64,000 nucleotides of DNA from Gekko japonicus (taxonomy: Eukaryota). The stretch is from positions 1,192,303 to 1,256,302 of the forward strand of contig NW_015159716.1 in NCBI RefSeq assembly GCF_001447785.1, given 5' to 3'. A program made the position numbers and the translations under genes. The stretch's first letter is position 1. Each line of letters opens with the position of its first letter. Positions 60,092 through 64,000 of this stretch are shown piece after piece. Below the pieces are notes generated by a model. It had not been told where the DNA came from. It saw nothing but the letters and a program-made list of their open reading frames with translations, and did not search any database.

Positions 60092-62124
60092 CCCCTTCCT
60101 CTTCTCTTCTCATCCTGTTCTGCTGCTCTTAGACATTTCTTCTGCAAAAAGGGTCGCCAACAGGCCTGGGGGAAAAGGCCCTGTCCCTTTAACAGAGGCT
60201 CCATGTGTGGAAATGGGGATTTTTTTCTGGGCCCAGAGGTAAACAAACATAACCTGCTAAATAACAATCCCATTGTCAGTATTAAAGGCTCCTGAGGTTT
60301 TTTACTCCCTCCAGGCCGTTGGGAACCCTTTCTGCAAAGTCCCCATTCTGCAGTGCCCAGACTTGCAACCTGGTTGGTTGGCCCATCTGCTCTCCACAAC
60401 CCTGTGATTTGGTCCTGCAGTTTCCTTCCTTACCGTTATGGCTCCAGGCTTTGAGGCGTAAGTCTCAGTGGTCAACCCTCTTCTGCTTCCTTTCCAAGAG
60501 AGAAAGCTGGGCAGAAATCCTTGGATCCTAGCTGGGGGAGGGGGACCCCTTCTGCAGACAACCTCGTTTCTGATTTTTCTGCTCTTCCTTAAGCAGCCTG
60601 TCTTACCATTCTTCCATTTAGATTTGAGTCCCGTAGCACCTTAGAGACCAACAGCATTGTTTGGATATAAGTTTTTGAGAGTCAAAGCTTTGTCAGGTAC
60701 TTTGACTCATCAGAGAGCTTGGACTCTCAAAAGCTGAATCTCTTCTTGGTCTCTGAGGTGCTCCTGGACTTGGCTCCAGCTGCTCTGCTGCAGACCAACA
60801 TGAAACTGTTCTTCCTCTTGTCATCAAGAACATTCCTCGCGGCTCCCGGCTGTCATGATCACCTTGGCCAGTTCCGCCCGGCGACGTCTTCTCCTCCATA
60901 TTTTCCTTCTCCAGCTTCTGACAGTCCACTGACCATTCTTCATCTTACCATCCACGTCCTATCTCCTTCCATCAGGGGTCATTTCGTAGAAAAAGAGGTG
61001 CAGGAGCTCATTAGCATACCTCATTAGCATAACTTATTTGCATATGCCACACACCCCTGACATCACCAGAAGTGTGTCAGAAGGCTCCACTGGACTCTTT
61101 TCCATTGCTAGCTATTGGGGGGGGGGGAACACGCAGATCTGTCCTGGCAGAGGAGGGAGAGCTTGTACCTGAATAAAACTTGGTCTTAAAGGTGCCACTA
61201 GATTGTTTTGGACCGGGGGGCCAGGGGGAGCTCTGCAACTTACCTGGCTGTTTCTTGCTGTGATTGAGGGCTGCTGGGAGCAGGGGGTGGGGCTTGTTGC
61301 ATGTGCCCGCCCCCTGGGCTCTTTACTGCCGGAGCTCTGCTCCTGTGCGCTCCTGCAGGAAATGACCCCTGCCTTCCATGACTCCACTGTCTGCTGCTGC
61401 TGCTGCAGTTCAAGACACCTGCATTTTGCCCGTGTGCTCCCGCTTCCTATGTTCTTCCCATTTATGCTTACCAGCATAAATTGTTATCTCCTTACCCCCA
61501 TAGTCCCTCATCCCTTTTCTACTGCAGTAGCCAAACTCACTGGCTCGATCCACTAAGGGATTTGAATGGCTAAGATACCAAACCGAGTATCCAGCAAACT
61601 GTGTAAGACACAGTCTGCCTTTGGCTTGATATTAGAATCTCCACGGAGCAGGGGGGGGGGCAACCTTTTTGAGCCTGTGGGCACCTTGGGAACTCTGACA
61701 CGGGGCTGTGGGCACAGTCACAAAACGGCTGCTGCAGGAGGGGGAGCCAACCACAAAACGTCAGGGAGCAAGGTTTTTATGCATCACTCTTAATAGTACT
61801 TCTTCAACGTTTCAGGCAGAAGCTCTGTTTAATAGGATGCGTTTTAATCTGTGCAGCCAGTCCCCACCTAGCCCCGCCCACTTTCTGAAAAGCACTTGGC
61901 GGGCTCCAGGAATGATGTCAGCGGGCCCCATGGTGCCCGTGGGCACCACATTGGGGGGGCCTGTCATAGAGGTACTCTTTCTTAAGGAAGAGTACCTCCG
62001 TGACGGGTCCCTGTCATATGCAAAAGGGGGTGGCGGCGGATCGCATGTTGTAGCGCATTCCTATGTTAAAATTGATTTGAATGTTCAGAATTAGGTTGTC
62101 AGGAAGAAACTTTATACCCAAACC

Positions 62125-62519
62125 CAGGGCTATTTTTGGGCAGGAACGCACAGGAACTCCGTTCCGGCTGGCTTCCAAGTTGGCCACGCCCAGCAGGAAC
62201 ACATTAGCATAATAGGCCACACCCAACAGCAGAAACTCATTAGGATTGGCTACATTAGGGGTGTGTGGCCTAACATGCAAAGGAGTTCCTGCTACAAAAA
62301 AGCCCTGGGTTTGGACAACAAACAAGGTAAACAGAATAAGAAGCAAAAGATGGGTGTGGCTGGATGAGCACACTTCTGGTAACATGGGGGTGTGGCCTAA
62401 TATGCCAATGAGCTGTGCTGTCAGGGGTGTGGCCTAATATGCTAATGAGTTTCTGCTGTTGGATGTGGCCTATTATGCTAATGAGTTCCTGCTGGGCTTT
62501 TTCTACAAAAAAAGCCCTG
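62125..62519. mobile_element. hAT-type MITE (octamer-repeat family)
   Basis: TIR cagggctattttt / aaaaaaagccctg; perfect TSD cccaaacc. Confidence 0.88.
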
Positions 62520-64000
62520 CCCAAACCATATCCCCGGTATGTTAGTTTTTAGTGTACAGGGACATTTTGCCATGAGGTACTTTCCCCTGTGCACATGTTT
62601 GAGAGAGGTTCAGTTCTACAAGGACTGTACCATGCTCTGTTGCTAAACATTTGAATCAACTTTCCCTAAGAACACAAGAATCCTGCTGGGTCAGGCCAAA
62701 GGTCCATCGAATCCAGCATTGTGTTTCCCAGAATGGCCAGTCACATCCCACTAGAAGTCCTGCAGTTCTGGCATGGAGTACCCCTGTTGTTGCCCATCAG
62801 CACTTGGTATTCAGAGGCATGCTGCCTCTGAACATGGAGGTTGCATTCAGCTAGTAGCCATTGATGGCTTTGTCTTCCCTGGATTTGTCTGTTCCCTTTA
62901 AAAATCATCTAAGCCTGTAGATATCTTGTGGCGTTCTCAGTCTGCATTGCTGATATCGTCTGAAGTTTTACCTGTTCTTCTCCCTATTTCTAGTCTTGTA
63001 CAGCCTGTTCTTCAGCTGCTGGACCTGGAGTCTCATTAGATACTTCTACTGAACTGACTTAACTCTGCTTCCTCACAGAGGGTTTTTCTCCACTTTGGCT
63101 TCCAAATCAGAGTGCTTTTTTTCTTTCAAACTTCCACACAACATTGTACTATAAATGCTCTTGTTTCCACATTTTCCCTGGTCCTCAAAATGCTTGTTCT
63201 CAAACCAGCTTTACTACAAACTCTTTTTTTTTTTGAAAGAATGCAGCCCAAAGCATTAATTTTGAAGAAACGATGCGTGTTTCCCCTCCCTACAAGGGTT
63301 CCTCCCACATCTGTACCATTTTCCTGTGTTCAGCCTTTCACAGTGCTATTTTCCCACATTTCCCCCCCACCTCAACACTGGATGTTTTTTGAGACCTTTA
63401 AAAAATCAATACTTGCTATAGTGGTATTATGATTTACTGCCACTTAGCTATTTCTGTGTCATATTTTAATATACACATTATAGTGCGATAGTGGAGGTGA
63501 ATAAGATAACACAAAAAAAGGGCATTGAGTTACCACAGCAACTGTGATGACGGTGTCCGCAAGAGCCAATGCAAAGTCCCTGTGGGGCATGTGTAGAAGG
63601 GAAGAGTTGGAGAGGGGGAGAAAGTGAGCAGAAAGTAAGCTGGCCTGGATGGCCCAGGCTAGCCTGACCTTGTCAGAAGCTAAGCAGGGTTGGCCCTGGT
63701 TAAATTTTTGGAGGAGAGACCACTGAGGAATCCCAGGGCCATGACGCAGAGGCAAGCAATGGCAGACCACCTCTGAACATCTCTTGCCTTGAAAGCCCTA
63801 CAGGGTTGCCTTAAGTTGGCTGCGAGTTGATGGCACTTTCCACCACCACCAAGCAGAAAACTCCCATGTGTGGAAGCTCTGTTGTCAGTGCATAGGCCTC
63901 TTGCTCCTTTGCAGCCACCGTTAATGGAGTGCAGAAGAAGAAGAGATTGGATTTATACCCCGCCCTTCACTTGGAGTCTCAGAGCGGCTTACAACCTCCT

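Noticed and set aside
62940-63770. Short ORFs near the right end
   Set aside because: No recognisable domain or convincing splice sites; partly SINE-derived.

Overview
Vertebrate genomic DNA. The repeat content (Sauria, 5S-Sauria and Squam-type SINEs, BovB/RTE, CR1, Penelope-derived palindromes, hAT MITEs) suggests a squamate, probably a gecko; this is an inference. Four spliced genes can be assembled by hand. (1) A divergent AGPAT1-like lysophospholipid acyltransferase on the minus strand, with coding exons 1-5 present and the last exon not seen. (2) Three C2H2 zinc-finger genes derived from the KRAB-ZNF class: ZNF-A (minus, 15120-25369, 13 fingers), ZNF-B (minus, 36808-44951, 14 fingers) and ZNF-C (plus, 47491-60091, 15 fingers). 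ZNF-B and ZNF-C are head-to-head on a CpG-rich promoter at about 45.0-45.65 kb. ZNF-A and ZNF-C are inverted paralogs. Both have lost the front of KRAB-A yet share an identical 34-aa N-terminal peptide, kept despite synonymous differences in 12 codons. They also share a conserved C-terminal tail and a 171-nt perfectly identical tract that suggests gene conversion. The AGPAT1-like protein keeps the catalytic HX4D motif but has lost several conserved basic residues. The rest of the window is introns and intergenic DNA dense in transposable elements. There are five short N gaps. All gene models come from reading splice sites and frames by eye, with no database searches.
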